The notes: generated by a model not told the origin, from the letters alone. A DNA stretch of 64,000 nt from an uncultured Pseudomonadota bacterium (GCA_963847705.1 CAWKBC010000027.1:512001-576000), one strand, 5' to 3'; counted from the stretch's first letter, positions 50,778 to 62,008 are shown. Made by a program: numbers and translations.

Positions 50778-51989
50778 ATGAGGTTGCACTTCAAGGACGA
50801 GCTCTACGACGCGCAGCTGTTGCGCGCGGTCAGCCACGCGACCTATCACGGGGCCGAGCTCGGCGAGTGTCTGGCGACGGTCGCAGGGGTGAGGGAGCTC
50901 GACGCCGACGGCTGGTACGACGCCTGGATGAAGTCCGCCCGCCGGGTTCAGGCGCTCGGCGACGAGAGCCTCGCCGCCGGGCAGTCGGTCTCTGCCCGCG
51001 GCGCCTACCTGCGGGCCTCGAACTACTACCGGACCGCCTACGTCTTCATTTTCAAGAAGCCGCTCGACGAGCGTCTGAGGGCTGCCTACGATGGGCAGTC
51101 GGAGACGTTCCGAAAGGCGGCGGCGCTGTTTCGTCCGGCGTTCGAATTCGTCGGCGTTCCGTACGAGAGTGGCGCGCTGCCCGCGTACGTCGCCAGGGTC
51201 GACGATCGAAGGCGTCCGCTCTTGATCCTCGTGGGCGGATACGACAGCACGATGGAGGAGTCGTACTTCTTCAACGTTCAGGCGGCGCTCGCGCGCGGCT
51301 ACCACTGCCTCTGCTTCGACGGGCCAGGGCAGGGGGAGATGCTGGTCAAGCGCGCGACGCCGTTTCGCGCCGACTGGGAGGCGGTCGTGCGGCCGGTGGT
51401 CGACTACGCGCGAACCCGACCGGAGGTCGACGGGGACAACATCGTCTTGATGGGTCTCAGCTTCGGCGGCTACCTGGCGGCGCGCGCGGCCGCCGGCGAG
51501 CCGCGGCTTCGCGCCTGCGTCGTCGATCCGGGACAATTCGACATCCATGACGCGATCGTCGCCCGGCTGCCGGGGCCTCTGCGCGGTTTCGTGGGGAGCA
51601 CGAACAGGCTCAAACGCGCGCTGCTGCGCGCCATCTTCAAGTCGGTGCTCGCCCATCCCAGCAAAGGGTGGGCGATGCGGCGCGCGCTGCTGGTCCACGA
51701 TCTGCCGACCGTCGAGGCGTACCTCGACCTGATGCGCTCGTACACGCTGCGGGGGTTCGCCGAAAAGATTTCGTGCCCGACGCTGGTCTGTGACGCCGAG
51801 AACGATGATATCGCCGCCTTCGCCCGGACCTTCTTCGAGCAGCTCACCTGTCCCAAGGCCTATCTGCGATTCCTGGGGAGCGAAGGGGCAGGAGCCCACT
51901 GCGAGATGGGAGGCCGCGCGCTCTTCCATCAGAAGGTCTTCGCCTGGCTGGAGGGGCTCGGTGGGGCCCTGGCCAGCCCGGGCGGGTAG
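50778..51989 (+). CDS. Alpha/beta hydrolase (S9/2,6-dihydropseudooxynicotine hydrolase-like)
   Basis: YLRASNYYR, GGYDS..EE, FDGPGQG, GLSFGG nucleophile elbow, AHCE. Confidence 0.9.
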   Translation: MRLHFKDELYDAQLLRAVSHATYHGAELGECLATVAGVRELDADGWYDAWMKSARRVQALGDESLAAGQSVSARGAYLRASNYYRTAYVFIFKKPLDERLRAAYDGQSETFRKAAALFRPAFEFVGVPYESGALPAYVARVDDRRRPLLILVGGYDSTMEESYFFNVQAALARGYHCLCFDGPGQGEMLVKRATPFRADWEAVVRPVVDYARTRPEVDGDNIVLMGLSFGGYLAARAAAGEPRLRACVVDPGQFDIHDAIVARLPGPLRGFVGSTNRLKRALLRAIFKSVLAHPSKGWAMRRALLVHDLPTVEAYLDLMRSYTLRGFAEKISCPTLVCDAENDDIAAFARTFFEQLTCPKAYLRFLGSEGAGAHCEMGGRALFHQKVFAWLEGLGGALASPGG

Positions 51990-52001
51990 AGTCACCTCAT
52001 C

Positions 52002-52643
52002 GTGGCGTTCTTCGATCCACCGCCCGCTCCCTCGGGGGGGCTGCACGCAGCCGCCACCGAGCGGAACCGTGGGCCCATCCTGGAGGTTCTCCGGCGTGTC
52101 CTTCCGCCCGCCGGGGTGGTGCTGGAGATCGCCAGCGGAACGGGGCAGCACGCGGCGTTCTTCGCGTGCGAGCTGCCCGCGCTCGGCTGGCAGCCGTCGG
52201 ACCCGTCGCCCGCCCACCTCGACAGCATCCGCGCCTGGACGGTCGCCTCCGGCGCAAGCAACATCGCGGCGCCGTTGCCGCTGAACGTCGAGCGCCTGCC
52301 CTGGCCGATCACCCAGGCCGACGCGATCTTGAACATCAACATGATCCACATCGCCCCCTGGTCGGCGGCCGAGGCGCTGTTTCGCGGGGCCGCGCGCCTG
52401 TTGCCAGCGGCCGGCGTGCTCTTTCTTTACGGTCCCTTCAAGCGCGAGGGGCAGCACACGGCGGAGAGCAACGCGCGCTTCGACGAGCGGCTGCGCGGCG
52501 AGGACGCCCGCTGGGGCGTGCGCGACCTCGGCGACGTTCAGACGCTGGCCGCCGCGGCCGGATTCGGGGCGCCCGAGGTGATCGCCATGCCAGCGAACAA
52601 TCTCTCGCTGGTGTTTCGCCGGAGCGGGCGCGCCGGGTTCTAG
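52002..52643 (+). CDS. DUF938 SAM-dependent methyltransferase
   Basis: RNRGPIL, LEIASGTGQH, WQPSD, NMIHI.PW, YGPF, MPANN. Confidence 0.92.
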   Translation: MAFFDPPPAPSGGLHAAATERNRGPILEVLRRVLPPAGVVLEIASGTGQHAAFFACELPALGWQPSDPSPAHLDSIRAWTVASGASNIAAPLPLNVERLPWPITQADAILNINMIHIAPWSAAEALFRGAARLLPAAGVLFLYGPFKREGQHTAESNARFDERLRGEDARWGVRDLGDVQTLAAAAGFGAPEVIAMPANNLSLVFRRSGRAGF

Positions 52644-52662
52644 CGCAGTCCTGAGCGCAGTC

Positions 52663-54159
52663 CTAGAGCCGGCTGGCGTAGGCCGTCTTCATCAGGGGGT
52701 AGAGCGCCAGGTCGGGCAGGGCGGTGTAGCTGTTCCCCGACCGCTGCCAGAGCGCGTGGGTCGTGGTCGAGGAGTCGGACGGCTGCGCTTCGTTCCAGTC
52801 CCCTTGCGTGGTCGGCTCCCAGTCGAACGTTCCCAGCCCCTGGTTGTTGGGCAGCCCGAACACGACGTCATTGATCTGCCGCTCCATCGGGCCGTACTCG
52901 GCGGCGAAGAACCGGATGTTCGGATAGTTTGTGGCCAGCTGCGAGAACGTCGTCTGCCAGCCGTTCTGCGTGTTGGTCTGGCTGTTGATGTCCCCTTGGT
53001 ACTGCTGGTAGCAGGACTCGCCGAAGGTGTCCGGGGTGGCGCCCTGTTTGATCGCGCTGTCGAGCCAGCTCTTGCTGGTCGAGTAGGTGCTGCCGCGATC
53101 GATGTGGAACGAAATCAGGATCCCGGTGTCGACATCCTTGACGCCCTGGATGCCGGCCTTGAGCAGCATGCCCAGGTTCGGCCAGCCCGCGGTCGAGGCG
53201 GCGCCGGTGACCTTCGGTGTCATCCCGTCGATCGGCTGCCCGCCCGAGTCGCAGAGGTGGAGCAGCATGCCGGGCGTCGTCTCGTTGCCGATCTGGACCA
53301 TGTCCGGCCGCGCGCCGCCCGCGATGAGTGCGGTGATCGAGCTCTTCACGTAATCGTGCAGCGCCCCCGAGAGGTCGGCGATGTTGGTGTAACCCTGCCA
53401 GGCGACCGGCACGCACTGCTTGCCCGGGTCGGCCCAGTTGTCGCTCATGTGGAAGTCGATGAGCAAGCCCATCCCGGCGGCCTTGACCAGCGCGCCGAAC
53501 GCGACGGTGTGCGTGATGTCGTCGTAGCCGTTGGTCCTGTCGTATCCGTCGGCGGCCTTCGGGTCGACGAAGGTCCGCAGGCGGACGAAGTTGAAGCCGT
53601 TGGCCTTCATCGAGGTGAGCAGGTTGTTGATGGCTGTCGTTCCGGCCGGCTCCTGATCGGTGACGTCGGCGCCCAGGAAGTAACTCGGCAGAGTGCTCGT
53701 TCCCGCGCCGCCGGTTCCGGTCGCGCCGCCGGTCGCCTTGGCACCGGCCGCGCCCCCGGTTCCGGTGGTTCCGCCGCTGGCCTTGGCGCCCGCGGCGCCG
53801 CCGGTTCCGGTGGTTCCGCCGGTGGCTGCGGCGCCGCCGCTGCCTTTTGCGCCGGCCGCGCCCCCGCCGGTTCCCGTGACGCCGCCGGTGGCTGTGGCGC
53901 CGCCGGTGCCTTTTGCGCCGGCCGCGCCCCCGCCGGTCCCCGTGACGCCGGTGCCCCCGGTCCCGCTGCCGCCGGCGCCCGAACCACCTGTTCCGCTCGC
54001 GCTACCTCCCGAGCCGCTGCCACCGCTGCCGGTACCGCCGCTGGCCGTCGCTCCACCGGTGTCGGAAGCACCGCCCTCACCCGTGTCGCCGGTCCCCTGG
54101 CCGTTGGTGCAGCCCCAGAAGGTCGCCGCGAGGAGAAGGACACAGGTGGATTTGTGCAT
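52663..54159 (-). CDS. GH53 endo-1,4-beta-galactanase lipoprotein with Gly/Thr linker
   Basis: Lipobox FWGC, GADV, RLRTFVDP, DFHMSDNWADPGKQ, MVQIGNE, AEYG, WEP. Confidence 0.9.
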   Translation of the reverse strand: MHKSTCVLLLAATFWGCTNGQGTGDTGEGGASDTGGATASGGTGSGGSGSGGSASGTGGSGAGGSGTGGTGVTGTGGGAAGAKGTGGATATGGVTGTGGGAAGAKGSGGAAATGGTTGTGGAAGAKASGGTTGTGGAAGAKATGGATGTGGAGTSTLPSYFLGADVTDQEPAGTTAINNLLTSMKANGFNFVRLRTFVDPKAADGYDRTNGYDDITHTVAFGALVKAAGMGLLIDFHMSDNWADPGKQCVPVAWQGYTNIADLSGALHDYVKSSITALIAGGARPDMVQIGNETTPGMLLHLCDSGGQPIDGMTPKVTGAASTAGWPNLGMLLKAGIQGVKDVDTGILISFHIDRGSTYSTSKSWLDSAIKQGATPDTFGESCYQQYQGDINSQTNTQNGWQTTFSQLATNYPNIRFFAAEYGPMERQINDVVFGLPNNQGLGTFDWEPTTQGDWNEAQPSDSSTTTHALWQRSGNSYTALPDLALYPLMKTAYASRL

Positions 54160-54325
54160 TTTTGGAGGCTCTCACCTTCCAAGGGGCAGCGAATCGATTT
54201 CGTTGCTCGGGAGCGGTCGGTCATGGCGCGATACGTCAGCGGCGCCCGGATCTCCTTCCCTGGCGATCCCACCTCCGGAAGCGAGAGAGCCGAAGAGTGG
54301 CCGCTGGGAAACAAATTTGCCCGAG

Positions 54326-55960
54326 ATGAACCCTCTGGATGATGTGGGCTTCAGCGTGAGACCATCGCGGGCTGGGTCGTTGGCGCTGGCGTTCGCCTTG
54401 GTGGCGATCGGGTGCTCGTCGGGAGCGTCGCCAGACGACGGCGGCGAAGGCTCGGGAACGGGGGGACACCTCACCGCGGGCAGCGGAGGCCAGGGCGGGG
54501 GTGGCGCGACCGGGGAGATGAGCGGCGGGACGACCGGCCTGGGAGGCACTGGCGGCAAAGGGGGCGGGGCCGCCAGCGGCGGCTCGGTCGGTTCGGGCGG
54601 AGCAAGCGGTGGGGGCGGAGGGTCGTCCGGCGGGACCGCCGGCGCTGCCGCTGCGACCGGCGGGGGCGCGGGCGATGGCGGCGGGAAAGGCGGCGGCGCG
54701 GGCAACGGTGGGGTCGCCAGCAAGGGCGGCAACGGTGGTGCGGGCAACGGCGGCGTCGCCGGCAAGGGCGGCAACGGTGGCGCGGGCAACGGCGGCGCCA
54801 CCGGCAAGGGCGGCAACGGCGCCGCGGGCAACGGTGGCGCGAGCACCTGCGGCGGCGGCAACGGCGCCCTGCCCGCCACCGGCCTGGCGGTGCGCTTCGC
54901 GAACGCCGTGATGTCGCGCTGGCCCGATCCGGCCAACATCACGAGCCAGAGCGGCTGGGAGTACAACCACGGGATCGTCCTGCGCGGGATGCAGCAGGTC
55001 TGGTCGCACAGCTGCGACCCGAAGATCGTCAGCTACATCCAGAAATACGCCGACGAGTCCGTCAACGCCGCCGGTACCGTGAACATCCCGGCGGCGCACA
55101 GCTTCGACAACATCGAGCCGTCGGTGCTGCTGCCGTTCCTCTATCAGCAGACGGGGATGGCCAAGTACCACACCGCCGCCGACCAGATCCGCGCCCGCTA
55201 CGACACGATCCCGACCAACGCCGACGGCGGCTTCTGGCACAAGCAGACCTACCCGAACCAGATGTGGCTCGACAGCATCTACATGGGCGAGCCGTTCCTC
55301 GACCAGTACGGCGTCGTGTTCGGCTCGTGCGGGACGTTCTGCTCCGACACGATCTTCAAGCAGATGCTGCTGCTGTCCCAGCACGTGCGCGACACGACGA
55401 CCGGGTTGCTGTACCACGCCTGGGACGACAGCCCCGCCGGCCAGAAGGCCGCCTGGGCCGACCCGACGACGGGGCGGTCGTCGGTGGTGTGGGATCGGGC
55501 CCTCGGTTGGTACGCGATGGCGCTGGTCGACATGCTCCCCGACCTGCCGGCGGGCGCGAACCGCGACAGCCTGCTGGCGATCCTGGGCGGCATCGCGGCC
55601 GCGCTGAAGAAGGACCAGGATCCGGCGACCGGCCTCTGGTTCGAGGTGGTCGACGCGGGGAGCATGAGCACCGACTGGGTCGAGACCTCGGGAAGCGGGA
55701 TGTTCGTCTACGCGCTCAAGGTCGGGGTGAACCGCGGCTACCTCGATTCGAGCTACCTGGCGGTGGCCAACAAGGGGTGGCAGGGCCTGCAGACCAAGGT
55801 GACGACCGATTCGGGCGGTCTGCCGACCATCACCGACGCGGTCCAGGGGGTCAGCGTCGGGGACAATTACGCGGCCTACATCAACCAAACGACGCTCTCG
55901 AACTCGAGTCACGGCCTGTGCGCAATCTTGCTGGCCGCGTCGGAAATGGAGGCGCAGTAG
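54326..55960 (+). CDS. GH105 unsaturated rhamnogalacturonyl hydrolase lipoprotein with Gly linker
   Basis: Lipobox AIGC, WEYNHG, FDNI, GGFWHK..YPNQMWLDS.YM, LYHAWD, W.RA.GW..MALVD, ETSGS.MF.Y. Start 54326 or GTG 54356. Confidence 0.9.
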   Translation: MNPLDDVGFSVRPSRAGSLALAFALVAIGCSSGASPDDGGEGSGTGGHLTAGSGGQGGGGATGEMSGGTTGLGGTGGKGGGAASGGSVGSGGASGGGGGSSGGTAGAAAATGGGAGDGGGKGGGAGNGGVASKGGNGGAGNGGVAGKGGNGGAGNGGATGKGGNGAAGNGGASTCGGGNGALPATGLAVRFANAVMSRWPDPANITSQSGWEYNHGIVLRGMQQVWSHSCDPKIVSYIQKYADESVNAAGTVNIPAAHSFDNIEPSVLLPFLYQQTGMAKYHTAADQIRARYDTIPTNADGGFWHKQTYPNQMWLDSIYMGEPFLDQYGVVFGSCGTFCSDTIFKQMLLLSQHVRDTTTGLLYHAWDDSPAGQKAAWADPTTGRSSVVWDRALGWYAMALVDMLPDLPAGANRDSLLAILGGIAAALKKDQDPATGLWFEVVDAGSMSTDWVETSGSGMFVYALKVGVNRGYLDSSYLAVANKGWQGLQTKVTTDSGGLPTITDAVQGVSVGDNYAAYINQTTLSNSSHGLCAILLAASEMEAQ

Positions 55961-56089
55961 CCGGGCCCTCCCCGTAACTTGCGGAATTCCCAATAAAAAA
56001 TAGTTACCCACCTGTCGTGATTCGTGTTGCTTGAACCTACCAGGGGCGTAGATTGGGCCTCGATCGAGGTTGACGACGGGGGTAAGGAA

Positions 56090-56896
56090 ATGCGTAAGAC
56101 ACTTTTTTCGCTGGTGGCGGTGACGGTGGGTCTCTCGGCAGTCGGATCGCCGGCGCGCGCGCGGAAGGTGTCCGAGGAGACGCAACGACGCGCGTTGCTC
56201 AGCCAGCTGGCGGCGGCGTCGGCCGAGGTGGCGCCCGAGGAGCGCACCGACGCCGACCTGATGTACGAGGCGATGCGGCAGTGGCACGGCGATCCGCGTG
56301 GAAGCGCCGCGGTCGATCGGGCGCTCGCGCAATCGAAGAAGGACATCGGGCTCGATCGCAAGCAGATCGCGGAGAAGGTCCGCAGGCTGTTCTGGAAGGA
56401 TCCCTTCTCCGACGAGGTGGTCCCGGTCTCGAAGTCCGACCGCGATCTCCTGCGGGCGCACGCCGCGCGGGAGTCGCGCGTGCGCGACGACGCGCGTGAG
56501 GACGAGGTCGCGCGCCTGCGGGCCGAGGTCGCCGCCACGCGCGCCGAGAACGCGCGTCTGAGGTCGGAGCTGGCCCGGACCGACGAGGGCGCGAGCAGCA
56601 GCGAGACGGTCGTTGCGCAGACGGAGTGCGCGCTTCCCAGCCGACGTCTTCACGCGGGCAACGCGAGCGGCGGGCATTCCCGGCGCGACGGCGGTGAGCT
56701 GGAAGCTTTGAACGCGCCGGCGCACCACCGCCGGTCGGGGGCGTCGAAGATGCCCGTGCAGCCCGAGGCGCCGGCCGAGCCCGTTGCTGCCGCGGCTCCT
56801 GCAGAGGCCGTCACCGGACCTCCGGCGGGATGGCAGAGCAGCGATCCGCGCGGGATCATCGTCGTCCCGATCACCGCCTCCATCCACGGGCACTAG
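56090..56896 (+). CDS. Hypothetical exported protein with coiled-coil
   Basis: Signal peptide MRKTLFSLVAVTVGLSAVGSPARA; EVARLRAEV..ENARLRSEL coiled-coil. Confidence 0.65.
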   Translation: MRKTLFSLVAVTVGLSAVGSPARARKVSEETQRRALLSQLAAASAEVAPEERTDADLMYEAMRQWHGDPRGSAAVDRALAQSKKDIGLDRKQIAEKVRRLFWKDPFSDEVVPVSKSDRDLLRAHAARESRVRDDAREDEVARLRAEVAATRAENARLRSELARTDEGASSSETVVAQTECALPSRRLHAGNASGGHSRRDGGELEALNAPAHHRRSGASKMPVQPEAPAEPVAAAAPAEAVTGPPAGWQSSDPRGIIVVPITASIHGH

Positions 56897-56960
56897 GCGC
56901 GCGCGTTGAGCGCCGGGTGGCGCCAGGGCGGCGCGGCGAAACGCCGCGCGGTGCGCGTGG

Positions 56961-57680
56961 CTACTGGTCCGCGCGCGAAACGAGACGCCTGACGAAAGCG
57001 GTGGCCGGCTCCGCGGCCAGAGCTGCCAGCTGTCCGCGCTGCACGACGGCGCCGGCCTCGAGCACCACCACGTCCCCCTCGAGGGCTTCGGCGTCGGCGC
57101 GATCGTGGGTCACCACCACGGTCGGCAGCGACCAGGCGCGCAAGCGCGCGGCCAGGAAGCGCCGCATGTCGCGGCGGAGCGAGACGTCGAGCGCCGCCAG
57201 CGGCTCATCGAGCAGGAGCGCGCGCGGTCGCGCGGCCAGCGCGCGGGCCAGGGCCACCCGCTGCGTTTCACCGCCCGACAGCTCGGCGGGATGCCGCGTC
57301 GCCAGCGCCTCGACCTCGAGATCGCGCAACATCTCGCGCGCCAGCCGCAGGCGCTCCGCGCGAGCGGGCGCGGCCACCCCGTAGCCGACGTTGGAGAGGA
57401 CATCGAGATGCGGGAAGAGGGCGTAGCGCTGGGGAAGAAACCCGATCCGGCGCTGCTCCACCGGGAGATCGAGCCCGCGCTCGGCGTCGAAGAGCGGCGC
57501 GCCGTCGAGGGTGACGCGGCCGCGGCTCGGTCGGGTGGCGCCGAGGATCATCATGAGCGTCTGGGTCTTCCCCGCACCGTTGGGTCCGACCAGCACCAGC
57601 GGCCTGGCCTCGGCGCGAAAGGCGACCTCGATCGCCAGCGTTCCGGCCGTTCCCTGCAGCGCAACCTCGAGCCCGCTCAC
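56961..57680 (-). CDS. modC: Molybdate ABC transporter ATP-binding subunit
   Basis: [32 protein letters not shown]; downstream of modAB. Confidence 0.88.
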   Translation of the reverse strand: MSGLEVALQGTAGTLAIEVAFRAEARPLVLVGPNGAGKTQTLMMILGATRPSRGRVTLDGAPLFDAERGLDLPVEQRRIGFLPQRYALFPHLDVLSNVGYGVAAPARAERLRLAREMLRDLEVEALATRHPAELSGGETQRVALARALAARPRALLLDEPLAALDVSLRRDMRRFLAARLRAWSLPTVVVTHDRADAEALEGDVVVLEAGAVVQRGQLAALAAEPATAFVRRLVSRADQ

Positions 57681-58504
57681 CGCCGCGCCCCCGCGCGGAT
57701 GGCGACCAGCAGCGCGAAGGCGACCGCCACCAGGAGGATCGAGAGGCTCTGGGCGGTGCGGAGATCAGATTCGAGCGCCGTGTAGATGGCCAGCGGCATC
57801 GTCTGCGTTCGTCCGCTCATGTTGCCGGCGAACATCAACGTGGCGCCGAACTCGCCGAGCGCACGGGCCCAGCTCATCGCTGCCCCGCCCGCCAGGCTGG
57901 GCCACGAGACCGGGATGGCGACCGTGAAGAGGAGGCGCGGGGGGGAGGCGCCCAGCGTGCGCGCCACCAGAACCAGATCGGGATCGAGGCGACGAAAGGC
58001 TGCGATGGCGGCTTGCAGATAGAAGGGCGCGGCCACGAACGTCTGGGCCACGACCACGGCCGCCCGGGTGAACGGCAGACCGATTCCCGCCGCCGCCAGC
58101 CCCGGGCCGAGCAGGCCCCGGCGCCCGAAGGCCAGCAGCAGCGCCACGCCTGCCACCGCGGGCGGCAGCACCACCGGCAGCTCGACGAGGGTCTCCAGCA
58201 GGCGCCAGATCCGGCCCGCGTTTTCCCCCCGGTCGACGCGGCCGGTGCGGCGGGCGATCAGCCAGCCGAGCGGTGTGCCGCAGGTCAGGATCACCAGCAG
58301 GCTGACCGTCGTGGTGAAGAGCGTCAGGCGCAGCGCCGGGACGACCAGCGGATCGGAGAGGCCGGCGAGGAGCTGGCGCGGCGACGCGGAGAACAGCAGC
58401 CCGGCGACCGGGAGCGCGACGAGAAGCAGAAGCAGGCCCGACAGAAGTCCGAGCGCGCCCGGCCAGGCGATCGCCAGGAGCGCACGACGCCGCGCCGCGC
58501 TCAC
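57677..58504 (-). CDS. modB: Molybdate ABC transporter permease
   Basis: [43 protein letters not shown]. Confidence 0.92.
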   Translation of the reverse strand: MSAARRRALLAIAWPGALGLLSGLLLLLVALPVAGLLFSASPRQLLAGLSDPLVVPALRLTLFTTTVSLLVILTCGTPLGWLIARRTGRVDRGENAGRIWRLLETLVELPVVLPPAVAGVALLLAFGRRGLLGPGLAAAGIGLPFTRAAVVVAQTFVAAPFYLQAAIAAFRRLDPDLVLVARTLGASPPRLLFTVAIPVSWPSLAGGAAMSWARALGEFGATLMFAGNMSGRTQTMPLAIYTALESDLRTAQSLSILLVAVAFALLVAIRAGARR

Positions 58505-59307
58505 CGACCGGGACAGGAGACGAACCCTGCCTCGCGCAGCACGGTGGCACCCGCCGGCGAGCGCACGAGGTCGATGAAGGCGCGCGCCAGGGTGGGGTTG
58601 GGCGCCGCCTGCAGCGCGGCGATCGGGTAGGCCGCCGTCACGTTGAGCTCCGGGGGGATCTCCACCACGGCGACCTTGCCCTTGGCCGCGAGCGCGTCGC
58701 TGCGGTAGACGATCCCCGCGTCGGCCTCGCCGAGCACGACCTTGGCCAGCACCTGGCGAACGTTCAGCTCGCGCGAGACGATCTTGGCCTGGAGACGCGT
58801 CGCAAAGTCGGGCCCCAGCTTGGCCGACGCCTTCTGCCAGATCTGCAGCGTGTAGGCGCCGATGGGGACCTCGGGCGCGCCGACCACGATGCGCTCGGCG
58901 CGCGGCAGGTCGGCGAAGCTCTTCAGCGAGGCCCCGAGGGCGCTGCGAACGACGATGACCGGCTCGTTGCAGGCGAAGAGGGCCGGCCCGACGACCAACC
59001 CCTCGCTGGCGAGCGCGTCCATGTGGCGCTGGTCGGCCGAGGCGAAGACGTCGGCGACGGCGCCATGCTCGAGCTGCGCGCGAAGCTCCTGGCTGCCCGC
59101 CGTGTTGGCGACGACGTGGGTCCCGGCGTGGTCCTTTTCGAACCGCGCGGCCAGCGCGGCGAACGCCTCCTTCAACGACGCGGCCTCGAACACCACCAGC
59201 TCACCCCCCGGCGGATTGGCCGCGACGGCCAGGCCGCGCCCGAGGGTTGTGGCGAGGAGGACGGCCGCGAGAAGAGACGCGATCAGGAAGCTTGGAGGTC
59301 GGCGCAT
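58501..59307 (-). CDS. modA: Molybdate ABC transporter substrate-binding protein
   Basis: [13 protein letters not shown]...[33 protein letters not shown]. Confidence 0.92.
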   Translation of the reverse strand: MRRPPSFLIASLLAAVLLATTLGRGLAVAANPPGGELVVFEAASLKEAFAALAARFEKDHAGTHVVANTAGSQELRAQLEHGAVADVFASADQRHMDALASEGLVVGPALFACNEPVIVVRSALGASLKSFADLPRAERIVVGAPEVPIGAYTLQIWQKASAKLGPDFATRLQAKIVSRELNVRQVLAKVVLGEADAGIVYRSDALAAKGKVAVVEIPPELNVTAAYPIAALQAAPNPTLARAFIDLVRSPAGATVLREAGFVSCPGR

Positions 59308-59315
59308 GCCTGTTT

Positions 59316-60674
59316 CTACCCCGAGGCGCCTCCCGGGGGCGCGTCCAACTCGACCTCCACGGTCGTCCCCGCGCCCGGCGCGGAGGTCAGCTTGAACCGG
59401 CCGCCGCGGGCCCTGATTCGCTCGCGCATTCCCAGCACGCCGAGGTGGCCGTTCGCCGCCGCGTCGTCGAGCGTGCCGAGGTCGAAGCCCCGGCCGTCGT
59501 CCTCGACCGAGAGCGAAATTCGGGTCGCGGAGCGGACGATGCGCACGTCGAGCCGCCGGGCCGAGGCGTGGCGGAGGGCGTTGGTGATCGACTCCTGCAC
59601 CACGCGGAAGCAAGCGATCTCCAGGTCGGACGGCAGGCGCGCCATCGTTCCCGGGCCGGGCTCCTCGGCGCGCAGATCGATCGCCAGGCCGGAGATCTGG
59701 GCCTGGGTCTCCAGATAGACCCGCAGCGCGGAGACCAGCCCGACCTCGTCGAGGAGCGGCGGGCGAAGATCGACCGAGATCTTGCGGACGCGGGAGATCA
59801 AGTCGTCGACCAGCGCGATCGGTTCGGTGGTGGGGTTCGCCGGGTTGCTCGCCGGCCCGCCCGCGCGCTCGCCGAGCTGAAGGCGCAGCTTGAGCGCCGT
59901 GAGCGTCTGTCCGAGCTCGTCGTGCAGCTCGCGCGAGAGGAACCGGCGCTCCTCCTCCTTCGTCGCCTCCAGCTTCTGGTGAAGCCGGCCCAACCTGTCG
60001 TAGGCCACCCGCAGGTCCTGTTCCTGTTTCGCCCGCTCGGCCGCGGCGACCTGCAGCCGCACCAGCGCCTCGGTCACGGCGCGCCCGTTGGCCTCGACGT
60101 GGCGGATGACGAAGTCGATCACCGACATCAGCAAGACCGACAGCAACGACGAGGTCGTCCCCATCCGGAGCCAGTTGCGAAAGCGATAGGGATCGGTGTC
60201 CGCCGCCGTCAGCGTCAAGACGTGGTGCGAGGCCAAGAAACCGATGCAGACGTAGGCGGCCGCGGTGACGCCGATGATGGCGAATCCGATCCGGCGGCTG
60301 GCTGCGATGAGAGCCAGGACGGAGAACGTCGCCAGCGAGACGCTGAGGCCGGCGGTGAGGCCAATCCGCCCCAGCAGGAAGATGCTGGTGGTGCAGGCGG
60401 TGGCGAGCATCAGCAGGGAGCGCGTCGCCAGTGATCCGCGCATGAGCCGGTAGAAAGGGAGCAAGAGGCCGATCGCCAGCAGCATGGCGTCGTCGAGCCA
60501 GGAGCGCGGGCCGGCGCGAAGCAGGAACGCCGAGGTGACCACCGGCGGCGCGAGGAGCGCGGCCATGGTCAACATCCCGAGCCGGACGCTCTCCCTCCAG
60601 GCGTCGGGCCTCGGCGCGCCCGGCAAGCTCGGCTCCTCCGGCAAGCTCGGCAAGTTTGGGTCCTCTGCACCCAT
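59316..60674 (-). CDS. Membrane sensor histidine kinase (HisKA_3)
   Basis: About six TM segments, ERR..SRELHDELGQ, FRVVQESITNALRHA, DDGRGF, GMRER. Confidence 0.92.
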   Translation of the reverse strand: MGAEDPNLPSLPEEPSLPGAPRPDAWRESVRLGMLTMAALLAPPVVTSAFLLRAGPRSWLDDAMLLAIGLLLPFYRLMRGSLATRSLLMLATACTTSIFLLGRIGLTAGLSVSLATFSVLALIAASRRIGFAIIGVTAAAYVCIGFLASHHVLTLTAADTDPYRFRNWLRMGTTSSLLSVLLMSVIDFVIRHVEANGRAVTEALVRLQVAAAERAKQEQDLRVAYDRLGRLHQKLEATKEEERRFLSRELHDELGQTLTALKLRLQLGERAGGPASNPANPTTEPIALVDDLISRVRKISVDLRPPLLDEVGLVSALRVYLETQAQISGLAIDLRAEEPGPGTMARLPSDLEIACFRVVQESITNALRHASARRLDVRIVRSATRISLSVEDDGRGFDLGTLDDAAANGHLGVLGMRERIRARGGRFKLTSAPGAGTTVEVELDAPPGGASG

Positions 60675-60754
60675 CTCGGCCGCGCCGACTCTATCCGAAT
60701 CCTGCCCAGCGATGACCAGGCTGGATTTGGGTGTATGCTGGTGCAGGTTTCGGG

Positions 60755-61417
60755 ATGCGGGTGCTGCTGGCGGACGATCACGCGTTGGTGCGGGCTGGGA
60801 TTCGTGCGCTCCTGGTGGCGCTCCCCGAGGTCGAGAGCGTGACCGAGGCCGGCGACGGCCAGCAGGCGCTGGCGCTGCTGCTGGAGACGCGGCCCGACGT
60901 GGCGCTGATCGACATCGGGATGCCCGGGCTCAACGGCCTGGAGCTGGCGACGCGTGTCCAGCGCGAGGCGCCGGGGACGCGGCTGGTGATTGTCTCCATG
61001 CACGGCACGCCGGGGCACGTCGCCCAGGCCTTGCGCGCAGGCGTCAGCGGCTACGTGCTCAAGGACGCGGCGGCGGACGAGCTGCCCGTGCTGCTGCGCG
61101 CGGTGATGCGCGGCGAGACCTACCTTTCGCCGGCCATCTCCAAGCAGGTGGTCGAGGGGTATCTCGGCCGGGCGCCTTCTGGCGGGACCGGAACGGGGGA
61201 GGGCGAGACCCCCGAGGTCTTGACCTCGCGCCAGCGCGAGATCCTGCAGCTGGTGGCGGAGGGGAAATCGACCAAGGAGATCGCCCAGCTGCTCGACCTC
61301 AGCGTGAAGACGGTCGAGACGCACCGGGCGCAAATCATGGATCGACTGGGAATCCGCGAGCTTGCGGGGTTGGTTCGCTATGCGATCCGGACCGGGCTCG
61401 TCTCCTCGGAGAGGTAG
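60755..61417 (+). CDS. NarL/LuxR family response regulator
   Basis: ADDH REC domain; LT.RQREIL.L.AEG.STKEIA..L.LSVKTVETHR HTH. Confidence 0.95.
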   Translation: MRVLLADDHALVRAGIRALLVALPEVESVTEAGDGQQALALLLETRPDVALIDIGMPGLNGLELATRVQREAPGTRLVIVSMHGTPGHVAQALRAGVSGYVLKDAAADELPVLLRAVMRGETYLSPAISKQVVEGYLGRAPSGGTGTGEGETPEVLTSRQREILQLVAEGKSTKEIAQLLDLSVKTVETHRAQIMDRLGIRELAGLVRYAIRTGLVSSER

Positions 61418-61501
61418 ATCGACCCGGCAGATCGACAGCGCGACGGGAGCGCGTCGACCGCGTCTCGGGGTTCATACCCCCGGTTCTAGGGGAGGTCACC
61501 G

Positions 61502-62008
61502 ATGGCCCCCCCTGGCCGACTGGAGGACCCTCAGGGTGTGAAGAGCGAAAGACCGGACCCGCAGCGCATCGTGGTCGTCGACGACTCGGACGGGTTTCGC
61601 TCGCTCTTGCAGTGGTTCCTGGGCTCGCTGCCCGAGGTCCAGATCGTCGCCGAAGCGCGTGACGGCGTCGACGCGATCGCGCAGGTGGAGCGGACCAAGC
61701 CTGACCTCGTGTTGATGGACGTCTGCATGCCGAAGCTCGACGGCCTGCAGACCACCCGCAAGCTCCGGACTGGCGGAGAGTCGGCGCGCATCGTCCTCCT
61801 CACCGCCTACGGCGACACCATCCCGCGCTGGCTGGCCGAGGAGGTCGGGGCCGACGACGTGCTCGACAAGTCGAACCTCGGAGAGCGGCTGCGCGAGGCG
61901 GTCGTGAGCGGCGCCCGCCGGCCCCCCAGAGCCCAGGAAAAGGCCGCTCGACCGAACGAAGACAGCCAGGAGAGCAAAAGAGTGGGCAAGAGGACGGGAG
62001 AGAAATGA
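61502..62008 (+). CDS. Single-domain response regulator (REC)
   Basis: VVDD, PDLVLMD..MP..DG, LT, K. Start may be GTG 61538. Confidence 0.85.
   Translation: MAPPGRLEDPQGVKSERPDPQRIVVVDDSDGFRSLLQWFLGSLPEVQIVAEARDGVDAIAQVERTKPDLVLMDVCMPKLDGLQTTRKLRTGGESARIVLLTAYGDTIPRWLAEEVGADDVLDKSNLGERLREAVVSGARRPPRAQEKAARPNEDSQESKRVGKRTGEK

Noticed and set aside
50175-52457. 760-aa minus-strand ORF
   Set aside because: Mostly antisense to the hydrolase and DUF938 genes; only its last roughly 115 aa belong to the frameshifted membrane gene.
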